This document shows positions 19,020 through 31,792 of a stretch of DNA of 64,000 nucleotides, piece by piece. Positions within the stretch are counted from its first letter, which is position 1, and the number at the start of each line of letters is the position of its first letter. The stretch is from Candidatus Omnitrophota bacterium (GTDB lineage Bacteria; Omnitrophota; Gorgyraeia; Pluralincolimonadales; Pluralincolimonadaceae): the NCBI GenBank assembly GCA_041653595.1, contig JBAZFB010000004.1:14757-78756 (forward strand), read 5' to 3'. The notes beneath the pieces were generated by a model, which made no database searches, was not told where the DNA came from, and worked only from the letters and a program-made list of their open reading frames with translations. The position numbers and the translations under genes were made by a program.

Positions 19020-19920
19020 GGCGGCAGACAGGTACGGGCCTTTTTCCGGCCATTCGATAAAAGTGGACGGTTCGCTGGCCGACTGGGTTGGTGTAGCCCC
19101 GTCCAGCCCTAATACCGGCGCGATAAGCGGCGGCGAGTTCATCTGGAAGGACGCTTCAGGCGACGATACCGGAAACGGCAGCTATACCTATCCAAAGAAT
19201 GCCGCCTTCGCAAGAGCCGCCGACCTGGAGGAATTCAGGGTAACGTGGGACAAGAAGAATGTTTATTTCCTGGTCAAGACGGCCATGCCCGGAGAATGGT
19301 GGGCCCCTTACCGCGTCATAGCCATAGATACGGACGGCGCCGGCGGAGGAGGGAAAGGGATGCAGGTCATACAGCAGGGCTATATTAATGCCGAGTCCGC
19401 CGATTCCGGCACGTTCGGAGAGTTGAAGGTCGACGATGCGACCGCGGCGAATTATGTAATAGCCATAGCGGGCACATACAAGGGGCGCATCTGGGACGAG
19501 AAGGGCAACCTTATCGCAAAGGCCGCCGGTGAAAGCACGGATACCCGCGGTTTCAAGATAAAGGATGCCAATGCTTGCGCAATCGAGATCCAGGTGCCGC
19601 AGAAGATAATCGGGGATCCTGCCGGGAAGATATGGAGATTCATCGTGGCCTGCGGCCTCGAAGACAAGGAGCGCGCCAGGGAGGTCTATAAGGTTGCCGA
19701 CGAATGGCATGGCGGCGGAGGGGAATCCACGACAGCCGAAGACGGCGTAGACCCGGATTTTTATGACCTGGCCGGCCTCGAAAAGACCACGCAGGAGACG
19801 GAGCTTTCGAGCTACGGCTCCAACAAGGCGCCGGGAGACCCCTCGGGTTTCGCGGAGATAAAAAGGTCTTATCTGCAGGTAAAGTTCGCGCCGTATCCGA
19901 ACGCGAAGAACCCGAAATAA
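18955..19920 (+). CDS. Secreted CBM9/DOMON-like carbohydrate-binding domain protein (paralog 3).
   Basis: SD aaggaggggtgaaaATG. Signal peptide MARKPVFYLALASFFLLCSHAEA. Motifs GEFIWKDASGDDTGNGSYTYP and EFRVTWDKKNVYFLVKT. The ORF-track start at 18919 would precede the signal peptide. Confidence 0.8.
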   Translation: MARKPVFYLALASFFLLCSHAEAADRYGPFSGHSIKVDGSLADWVGVAPSSPNTGAISGGEFIWKDASGDDTGNGSYTYPKNAAFARAADLEEFRVTWDKKNVYFLVKTAMPGEWWAPYRVIAIDTDGAGGGGKGMQVIQQGYINAESADSGTFGELKVDDATAANYVIAIAGTYKGRIWDEKGNLIAKAAGESTDTRGFKIKDANACAIEIQVPQKIIGDPAGKIWRFIVACGLEDKERAREVYKVADEWHGGGGESTTAEDGVDPDFYDLAGLEKTTQETELSSYGSNKAPGDPSGFAEIKRSYLQVKFAPYPNAKNPK

Positions 19921-19938
19921 CCGCCGGTTTTTTTCCCC

Positions 19939-19982
19939 TTGACGGGGAGAATTTTTTACGGTATTATATGTTATCGGTAACA
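19939..19982 (+). promoter_or_regulatory. Sigma-70-like promoter (TTGACG, 17 nt spacer, TATTAT) immediately followed by a LacI-type palindromic operator TGTTATCGGTAACA (19969-19982). A weak CCCC/GGGG hairpin with flanking T-runs sits just upstream.
   Basis: TTGACG at 19939-19944, TATTAT at 19962-19967. The 14-mer is a 6/7 half-site palindrome with a central CG and is identical at 13/14 positions to the site at 11373-11386. Confidence 0.5.
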
Positions 19983-19986
19983 TAAG

Positions 19987-21012
19987 ATGAAGAAAGTCAC
20001 CTTTAAAGAGATCTCCAGGATAGTCGGCGTGTCCCCGATGCACGTGTCGAGGGCCCTCGCAGGGCACCCTTACGTAAAGGAGGAGCTGCGCCGCGAGATA
20101 TCCAAGGTAGCCAAGAAGCTCAACTACAGCATCAATCCCTTCGGCCGCGGCCTGTCCAAGAATATCCAGATGAAGGCCCGGATGATATGCGTCCTGACCA
20201 AATACGGGAACTTCTTCCGGACCGAGTATTTCGTCAACCTGATAGACGCGATCAGCAGCAATTGCAGGGCGAAGGGATACGACGTGATAATGGCGAGCCT
20301 CACGGACGATGAAAGCGGAAACATAAAGAGGCTCAAGAACCTGGTCAGTTATTATAAGGCGGGCATAATAGAGGGGTTCGTCTTCATCGCGCCGGACCTC
20401 GACGCCGCGGAAGGCTTTTTCCTGCGCGCGGAAAAGGTCAATTTTGTCTGCGCCGGCAGCAGGATAGAAGCGGCTACGAAATATGTCGACGTCGATAATT
20501 TCAGGGCGGGCTCCGAGGTCGGCGGCTATCTTATCCGGCTGGGCCACAGGAGGATAGCTTTTGTGAAAGGCCTCGAGAAGAGGCGCGATAGCCGGGAGAG
20601 GCAGCAGGGTTTCTTGAATGCCCTGACGGCAAGCGGGATCGCGCCGGACGAAGGCCTATTCATTTCCGGCGATTACAGTATTCCCGGCGGGAAGAAGGCG
20701 ACAGCGGAATTGTTTTCGCGCAAGAAGAAGCCGGACGCGATATTTTATGCTAACGACCTTATGGCCTACGGCGGCCTCGAATTTTTCAAGGAAAAAAAGA
20801 TAAGGGTCCCTCGCGAGATCTCTATCGTGGGTTTTGACGACCTCGCTGCGTCGTCTCGGACCGAGCCCCCGCTTACGACCGTGAGGCAACCTTATAAGGA
20901 GATGGGAGAGGCGGTCATGGAGGCCGTATCCCACCCGGAATTCGCTTCAAGGATGATAACGGCGAAATTAATAATAAGGAAGAGCTGCGACAAGCCAAGG
21001 AGAATTGGATGA
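19987..21012 (+). CDS. LacI-family transcriptional regulator (second copy).
   Basis: HTH 'VTFKEISRIVGVSPMHVSRALAGHPYVKEELRREISKVAKKLNYSIN' followed by a PBP-like domain. 4-nt ATGA overlap with the downstream hydrolase gene. Confidence 0.9.
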   Translation: MKKVTFKEISRIVGVSPMHVSRALAGHPYVKEELRREISKVAKKLNYSINPFGRGLSKNIQMKARMICVLTKYGNFFRTEYFVNLIDAISSNCRAKGYDVIMASLTDDESGNIKRLKNLVSYYKAGIIEGFVFIAPDLDAAEGFFLRAEKVNFVCAGSRIEAATKYVDVDNFRAGSEVGGYLIRLGHRRIAFVKGLEKRRDSRERQQGFLNALTASGIAPDEGLFISGDYSIPGGKKATAELFSRKKKPDAIFYANDLMAYGGLEFFKEKKIRVPREISIVGFDDLAASSRTEPPLTTVRQPYKEMGEAVMEAVSHPEFASRMITAKLIIRKSCDKPRRIG

Positions 21013-24000
21013 GGACTACCGCGGGATACAGGATCGGTAACGACAACGAATTCATAATTGAAAATTACAACTATTCCAAGGCCTTTTCGAGTTTCCTGCC
21101 CGGCATAGCCGGCGTCGACGGCATCCCGATGTGGGTCTTTTACGTGAACAGGAACCAGGCGGTATGCAGCCTCGGCATAGAGAGCAAGGACCGCGCGATG
21201 ATGGAATTTCTGCCCGCGAATTTCGCCTACCAGCTGGTCGGGACGCAGGGCTTCAGGACCTTTATCAAGATAATTGGCAAAAACGGTTTTACGCTGTATG
21301 AGCCGTTCAGGGTATACGAGAAAGAAGAGGGGTATATCCCGTCCCAGGTGATGGCTATTACCCCTTATTCCGTGACGCTAAGGGAGGTCCACGAGAAGCT
21401 GGGCATGAGCGTCGAGGTCAGGTATTGCAACGTCGTCCAGGAGCCGTTCCCCGGCCTCATAAGGCAGGTGGAGATAAAGAATATCTCCGGGAGGGCCGTG
21501 AAGATCGAGCTCCTCGACGGGATGCCGCAGGTGATACCCTTCGGGATGGACGATTCCAGCCTGAAGAAGATGAAATACCTCGTCAAATCCTTCAGTTACG
21601 CGGAAAACCTCGGGGAAAAGATACCTTATTTCCATATCAGGACGACCCATGAGGACGGCCCTGAGGTGGCCATGGTAAAGAGAGGCCATTATTACGCGTG
21701 CGTCAGGGTGGAGGGAGGCAAGGCTGAGTTGAAACGGCCCCTTATAGATGCCTCGCAGATCTTCGGAATTAGGAAGGACATGATCCTCCCCTCGCGCTTT
21801 AACGTGAGGTCGAAATTCATTTATGATACTAAGGGCGAACTGACCAGCGGGGAGTTCTCTTCGGCCATGTGCCATGAGGATGCGGCACTCAAGCCTTCGG
21901 AGACGCTCACTTTATACTGCGTCTGCGGCACCCTGGATTCTGTCGGCGGCACGAAAGAGGTGGCGCGCGCCCTCACCGCGGATTTCGCGGAGACGCAGCT
22001 CAAGAAAAACCGGACCGTCATCGAATCGATCATGGGCTCTTCCCTGGTCATAAGCGAAGACGAGAAGTTTGACAGGTATTCCGCCCAAAATTTCCTCGAC
22101 AACGTGCTGCGCGGAGGCTTCCCCCTGACGGTAACGAAAGACAGGAGCAAAGTCTTCTATGTCTATTCCAGGAAGCACGGCGACCTGGAGAGGGATTATA
22201 ACCAGTTCTACACTTCCCCGACCCTTTATTCCCAGGGCGATTCCAATTACAGGGACGTCAACCAGAACAGGCGAAACGACACGTTCTTCAATCCCGACGT
22301 CGGGATGTCCAACATTATCAACTTCATAAACTTCATACAGATGGACGGGTTCAATCCGCAAGGCGTGGACGGAGTGACATTCATATATAAGGGAGACAAA
22401 AAACTTCTCATAAGCCTTTTCGGATCCGGCGCGGAAAAGATGGAGGAGTTTTTCAGGAAGCCTTTCGCCCCGGGCGACATCTTCAAGTTCGCCGGATCCA
22501 ATTCTATCAAGGCCGCCGTATCGAACGGGGAGATGCTCTCGAAGATACTCGAGCGCTCGGACGCCGGGCAGAATTCGCGGCATATCGACGGTTTCTGGAG
22601 CGACCACTGGTCCTATAATATGGACCTCATCGACAGTTTCCTGGCCGTCTATCCGGACAGGAGGAAGGAGCTATTCTCCGGGCGCAGGGATTTCACGTTC
22701 CACGACAGCCCTTACGTCGTCCTGCCGAGGCAGGATAAATACGTCTTGTGGGACGGAAAACCGGTCCAGTTGGGCGCGGTAAAGGTCGACGAGGAGAAGA
22801 GGAAGATGATCGCCGGCAGGAGATCGGAGAAGACGCTCGTCCGCAAAGTAAACGGCAAAGGAGATGTTTACAGGACCGACCTCATCACGAAACTCCTTAT
22901 AATCGCGGTCAATAAGATAAATTCCATCGGGCCGGACGGCTGCGGCATCGAGATGGAGACGGATAAGCCGAACTGGTGCGACGCGCTTAACGGACTTCCG
23001 GGGCTCTTCGGGTCGTCCTCGAACGAGACATTTGAACTGAAGAGGCTGATAACCATGATCTCGAAGAACCTTGGCGGCAAGGCCCTCGAGCTTCCCGAGG
23101 AAGCCGTCGAGGCGATCAGGGATTCTAAAGACGCGCTAAACGGTTATCTCGGCGGGAGACTGGACGATCTCGGCATATGGGACAAACTGACCGCGATAAA
23201 AGAAAATTTCAGGAGAAAGACGAGATGCGGGATAATCGGCAGGCTCATCCCGGTCCCGGCAGACGAAATATCCGGCTACCTTGCGCTCGCGGCAAAGAGG
23301 GTCCAGGCGGCCATAAACAAAAGTTTTGACGAGAAGACCGGACTTTATTCCGGGTATTTTATCAATGTCCCGGCCGAATACGAACAGATCACGGTCACGG
23401 ACAGCGCCGGCAGGGAGGTCCCGAAGGCCAACCACAAGGGCCTGCCGTGCATCAGGGTGATGAAATTCAACTCCCGGACGCTGCCGTTATTCCTGGAGGC
23501 GCAGGTCCACGCGCTGAAGGCGGAAGAGGACAGATCTGTCGCCGCGAGGCTGCACTACAACCTCATGAAGAGCGGCCTGGTCGACAAAAAATTGAAGATG
23601 TTCTCGGTCAATGCCTCGCTTGAAAAGGAGCCGTATGAGATAGGCAGGACCAAGACGTTCAATCCGGGCTGGCTCGAGAACCAGTCGATCTGGCTTCACA
23701 TGGAATATAAATACTTGCTCGAGTTATTGAAGGCCGGGCTTTACAAAGATTATTACGCGAATTTCAAGGACGTCCTCGTGCCGTTCCTGAGGCCAGAGGT
23801 CTACGGAAGGAGCATCTTCGAGAACTCGTCTTTCATCGCGGGCAGCGTCCATCCGGACAAGAAAGTCCACGGACAGGGGTTTTACGCGAGGCTCTCCGGC
23901 TCGACCGCAGAATTCGTCCATATGTGGCTTATAATGATGACCGGAGGAAGGCCGTTTTCGCTCGACGCAAACGGCAAACTGGTCTTCAGCCTCTCCCCGG

Positions 24001-24299
24001 TCCTTAAGGGCGGGATGTTCCTGAAAAAAGACCGCAAGGCGGAGCACTATTCTCCCGAAGGAAAATTGCAGAAAGAGACCGTCAAGAAAGGCACATTGAA
24101 ATTCATGCTGCTTGGCAGCATACCCGTGACTTATATCAATCCCCGGCGGAAGGATATATTCGGGGGCGGCAAAGGGGCTAAGTACGCGCTGACGCTCGAG
24201 GACGGCGCGGTGAAGGAATTCACCGGCAGCGTCCCGGAACCGTATTCGGCCCTTGTCAGGGAAAGAAAAATAAAAGAGATAAAGATGTATCTTGATTAA
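21009..24299 (+). CDS. Large (1096 aa) cytoplasmic glycoside hydrolase/phosphorylase-like protein of the (alpha/alpha)6-toroid type, family unassigned.
   Basis: No signal peptide. N-terminal beta-rich region followed by a helical-repeat region (…LLELLKAGLYKDYYANFKDVLVPFLRPEVYGRSIFENSSFIAGSVHPD…GQGFYARLSGSTAEFVHMWLIMM) typical of six-hairpin glycosidases (GH94/GH65/GH116-like). Confidence in the exact product is low. Confidence that this is a real CDS is high. Confidence 0.55.
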   Translation: MRTTAGYRIGNDNEFIIENYNYSKAFSSFLPGIAGVDGIPMWVFYVNRNQAVCSLGIESKDRAMMEFLPANFAYQLVGTQGFRTFIKIIGKNGFTLYEPFRVYEKEEGYIPSQVMAITPYSVTLREVHEKLGMSVEVRYCNVVQEPFPGLIRQVEIKNISGRAVKIELLDGMPQVIPFGMDDSSLKKMKYLVKSFSYAENLGEKIPYFHIRTTHEDGPEVAMVKRGHYYACVRVEGGKAELKRPLIDASQIFGIRKDMILPSRFNVRSKFIYDTKGELTSGEFSSAMCHEDAALKPSETLTLYCVCGTLDSVGGTKEVARALTADFAETQLKKNRTVIESIMGSSLVISEDEKFDRYSAQNFLDNVLRGGFPLTVTKDRSKVFYVYSRKHGDLERDYNQFYTSPTLYSQGDSNYRDVNQNRRNDTFFNPDVGMSNIINFINFIQMDGFNPQGVDGVTFIYKGDKKLLISLFGSGAEKMEEFFRKPFAPGDIFKFAGSNSIKAAVSNGEMLSKILERSDAGQNSRHIDGFWSDHWSYNMDLIDSFLAVYPDRRKELFSGRRDFTFHDSPYVVLPRQDKYVLWDGKPVQLGAVKVDEEKRKMIAGRRSEKTLVRKVNGKGDVYRTDLITKLLIIAVNKINSIGPDGCGIEMETDKPNWCDALNGLPGLFGSSSNETFELKRLITMISKNLGGKALELPEEAVEAIRDSKDALNGYLGGRLDDLGIWDKLTAIKENFRRKTRCGIIGRLIPVPADEISGYLALAAKRVQAAINKSFDEKTGLYSGYFINVPAEYEQITVTDSAGREVPKANHKGLPCIRVMKFNSRTLPLFLEAQVHALKAEEDRSVAARLHYNLMKSGLVDKKLKMFSVNASLEKEPYEIGRTKTFNPGWLENQSIWLHMEYKYLLELLKAGLYKDYYANFKDVLVPFLRPEVYGRSIFENSSFIAGSVHPDKKVHGQGFYARLSGSTAEFVHMWLIMMTGGRPFSLDANGKLVFSLSPVLKGGMFLKKDRKAEHYSPEGKLQKETVKKGTLKFMLLGSIPVTYINPRRKDIFGGGKGAKYALTLEDGAVKEFTGSVPEPYSALVRERKIKEIKMYLD

Positions 24300-24312
24300 A
24301 CAGGAGGTTTCG

Positions 24313-27087
24313 GTGGAGGAGAAGGTGATCTCTTTCGACAGGAAGAGCATGATCATTAACGGGAAACGCATCATGCTCTACGGAGGGGAATTCCATTACT
24401 TCCGCGTGCCGCACGAACTTTGGGAGGACAGGCTCCGTAAGATGAAGGCGGCGGGGCTTAACCTCGTCGCGACATATATACCCTGGAATTTCCATGAGAT
24501 GAAGGAGGGTGAGTTCGTCTGGGAAGGCGACCGCGACCTCGAGAAGTTCGTGACGCTGACGGAAAAATACGGGTTTTACCTCGCGATAAAGCCGGGGCCG
24601 TATATCTGCGCGGAATGGGATTTCGGCGGGTTCCCTGACTGGCTCCTCGGAAAGGACGTGAAACTGCGCGAAGACGACCCGGAGTACCTCAGGCTTATCG
24701 GCAGGTATTATAAGGAGATCGCCGGGATCCTGCGGCCGCACCTGGTCACAAAAGGCGGCAATATAATCCTATTCCAGATAGAGAACGAATATGACCACCT
24801 GATCGCATTTACCGGCATAAAGAGATACAAGGACGGCGCCCTGCGATACCACCTCAAGCTTTTGAAGATGGCTCGCGAGGCGGGCATAGACGTGCCGGCG
24901 TTCACGGTGGAAGGGAGTTTCCTGAGGAAGAGCGAAATAATCGACGCGAGGACCTATTACCCGAATATCCCGTGGATATGGCTCTGGGAGTTCGACGATT
25001 TCGATAAGGCGATCGAGGCGTCGGTCGCCCAACAGCCGAAGAAGCCGCTGATGATAATGGAACTCGAGACCGGCTGGTTCGCGCAGTTCGGGAAGCCGCT
25101 GTACCAGATAGAGCCGGAGGTCACGAGGGCCATATTAAGGACGGTCATCGCCGAGGGCGCATCCGTCATGAACCATTTCCTGTTCGTCGGCGGCACGACG
25201 TTCCCTTACTGGAACTGCAAGGGCGACTACGGCGGGATAGGCACCTGCACGACATATGACTTCGGCCATTCGCCGCTCAGGGAATGGGGCGAGGTCTCGC
25301 CGACGAAATACCATATGGCCCGCAACACCGCGCAGTTCCTCGATTCATTCGAGGACGTGCTCTTCGGTTCCGAAAAGATAGGTGGAGCGGCGAAGTTTAT
25401 CGACAGCGGGAATACCGTGGCGCTCGTGGACCTGAGAAAGGGCACGGTCAAACCCGACTTCTCCGGGACTTTCGAGAACGTCAAGGTCACCGAGAGGGCG
25501 GGGAAGAGAGGCGGATTCCTGATGGTCCGCAACCTTACCGACGATACGCTCAGGACGCAGATCGAATATCTATCTCCGGCCGGGAAGAAAACCGAAAAGC
25601 TGCCCTTTTCCGGAGACCTTAAGCTCGCTCCCAGGTCCTCATTCCTTTTCCCCATAGATGTCCCTATCGGCGATAAAGGAGTGGTCATCAAGCACTCTAC
25701 CTGCGAACTTCTTTTGAAGAAAGAGATAGGGAGGAACGCGTTTGTCTTCCTCACCGGAAGACCCGAATTTAGGGGAGAGACCTATATCAAGTGCGGTCCC
25801 GTAAAGCCTGCCGTCATCGAAGGCGATTTCGATGTAAAAGGGGTAAAGGACGGCTATATCATCGGGAACGAGAACTCAGGGCTCCGGATAATAAAAATTG
25901 AAGGGGTATTCTTCGTTTTTCTCGACGACAAGACGGCCGCTAAAGTATGGGACGGCGAAGAGACGGTCGCGATAAGCGATTACTACTACATCGAGGACCT
26001 TATTGCCGACGGGCGGTCGATCGAGATAAACGCGCAGGTCAAGAACGGATGCAACCAGCTTACAAGGATATTTACCGCGGTCAGGCCCGGATACGTAACG
26101 ATCAACAAGGAAAAGGCGCCTTTTAAATATGACAAAAAGACCGGGTCGGTGATCTTCAAATACGATTGCGCGGTGGAGGAGCTTCCGAGGATAACATGGC
26201 TCGACTCTCCGCGGTTCATCTCCGACGTCGACGAGAAAGAGCCCGGTTTCGACGACTCGTCTTGGAAGACGATAACCATGCCCAAAGCGCTTGAGCAGGC
26301 CGGCCTGCTCAAGCACGGTTTCATCTGGTACAGGCAGGAGTTCGGGCTTAAGGGGAGGCCGGCGGAATGCCGGGCAAGGATAATAACCAATGACATGGAC
26401 AGGTTCTATGTCTATATCAACGGGGAATTCATCTGGCGCGGGATAGGCAGTCCCGACCTTGATATCTCCGGGGCGGCCAGGAAAGGGAAGAACCTCCTCG
26501 CGGTCAGGTATGAGAACGCCTACCATACCAAGGCGCATCCCCACGAAGGGCCGATAAAAAAACTCAGCGGCATAATGCGGCCGGTAAAGATCAGCGGCAG
26601 GGCGCAGGGAAAGTCCTTCAATATTGTCCTTAATAAATTGCTGGTCCGCGAGAATGCGGGCGGCCTCTTGAAGGGCTATCATGAACCTGAGATCGATGAA
26701 AACGGCTGGAAGGTCTCGCCTCCCGCTAAGAAATACGTATTCGCGAAAGAGATGGGAGAGCTTGTCTGGTACAGGCGGAGGTTCAAGTTCCTGCCGCGCA
26801 AGGGCGGCACCTGCGCGCTCAAGCTCACGATAGACCACGCCTTCGAGAGGTGCGTCATATACCTGAACGGAAGGGCGCTCGGCAAATACGAGTCGGTCGG
26901 TCCGCAGAATGATTTTTATATCCCCGAGCCGTTCCTGCGCGCGGAGAATACTCTGGCTATCCTCGTCGAGGGGCCGGGTTTCCATCCCGTCAAGGGATCG
27001 GGGTTCGTCCCGCCGGTCCTTAAAGACCCCAGGATAGGTTTCTACTATGCGGCCAAAAAGGTGAGCGCGAGGGTATCGGCCTATTGA
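24313..27087 (+). CDS. GH35 beta-galactosidase with C-terminal beta-sandwich domains.
   Basis: GH35 hallmarks: GGEFHYFRVP, YIPWNFHE, 'KPGPYICAEWDFGGFPDWLL', acid/base 'FQIENEYD' and nucleophile region 'MELETGWFAQFG'. Start assigned to GTG 24313 (SD acaggaggt 5 nt upstream). The ORF-track TTG at 24292 is the alternative. Confidence 0.85.
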   Translation: MEEKVISFDRKSMIINGKRIMLYGGEFHYFRVPHELWEDRLRKMKAAGLNLVATYIPWNFHEMKEGEFVWEGDRDLEKFVTLTEKYGFYLAIKPGPYICAEWDFGGFPDWLLGKDVKLREDDPEYLRLIGRYYKEIAGILRPHLVTKGGNIILFQIENEYDHLIAFTGIKRYKDGALRYHLKLLKMAREAGIDVPAFTVEGSFLRKSEIIDARTYYPNIPWIWLWEFDDFDKAIEASVAQQPKKPLMIMELETGWFAQFGKPLYQIEPEVTRAILRTVIAEGASVMNHFLFVGGTTFPYWNCKGDYGGIGTCTTYDFGHSPLREWGEVSPTKYHMARNTAQFLDSFEDVLFGSEKIGGAAKFIDSGNTVALVDLRKGTVKPDFSGTFENVKVTERAGKRGGFLMVRNLTDDTLRTQIEYLSPAGKKTEKLPFSGDLKLAPRSSFLFPIDVPIGDKGVVIKHSTCELLLKKEIGRNAFVFLTGRPEFRGETYIKCGPVKPAVIEGDFDVKGVKDGYIIGNENSGLRIIKIEGVFFVFLDDKTAAKVWDGEETVAISDYYYIEDLIADGRSIEINAQVKNGCNQLTRIFTAVRPGYVTINKEKAPFKYDKKTGSVIFKYDCAVEELPRITWLDSPRFISDVDEKEPGFDDSSWKTITMPKALEQAGLLKHGFIWYRQEFGLKGRPAECRARIITNDMDRFYVYINGEFIWRGIGSPDLDISGAARKGKNLLAVRYENAYHTKAHPHEGPIKKLSGIMRPVKISGRAQGKSFNIVLNKLLVRENAGGLLKGYHEPEIDENGWKVSPPAKKYVFAKEMGELVWYRRRFKFLPRKGGTCALKLTIDHAFERCVIYLNGRALGKYESVGPQNDFYIPEPFLRAENTLAILVEGPGFHPVKGSGFVPPVLKDPRIGFYYAAKKVSARVSAY

Positions 27088-27140
27088 CAAGGGTCAGGAT
27101 TGTGCTATAATTAAATAGAGCCTAAAATGAATTAGGAAGA

Positions 27141-27183
27141 GACGAAGGCGTCTTTCATATAAATGAAAGGCGCCTTTTTCGTC
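27141..27183 (+). terminator. Imperfect ~18-bp hairpin with a T-rich 3' arm. It could be an intrinsic terminator for the GH35 gene, or a leader attenuator for gltB.
   Basis: gacgaaggcgtctttcat-ATAA-atgaaaggcgcctttttcgtc. It lies downstream of a TTGACA (27085-90), 15 nt spacer, TATAAT (27106-11) promoter-like element and ~50 nt upstream of gltB. Confidence 0.4.
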
Positions 27184-27232
27184 TTCTGTAGTACAACTGA
27201 TTACGCAAATGAATAAAAAAGCAGGGAATAAA

Positions 27233-31784
<4,552 letters not shown>

Positions 31785-31792
<8 letters not shown>

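Noticed and set aside
19156-20547. 463-aa minus-strand ORF opposite CBM9-like paralog 3 and LacI-2
   Set aside because: Antisense to two independently supported genes and their intergenic promoter/operator.
25876-27090. 404-aa minus-strand ORF opposite the GH35 gene (also 21912..22607, 23724..24374, 24256..24741)
   Set aside because: All are antisense to CDSs with strong family motifs. No RBS or domain evidence.
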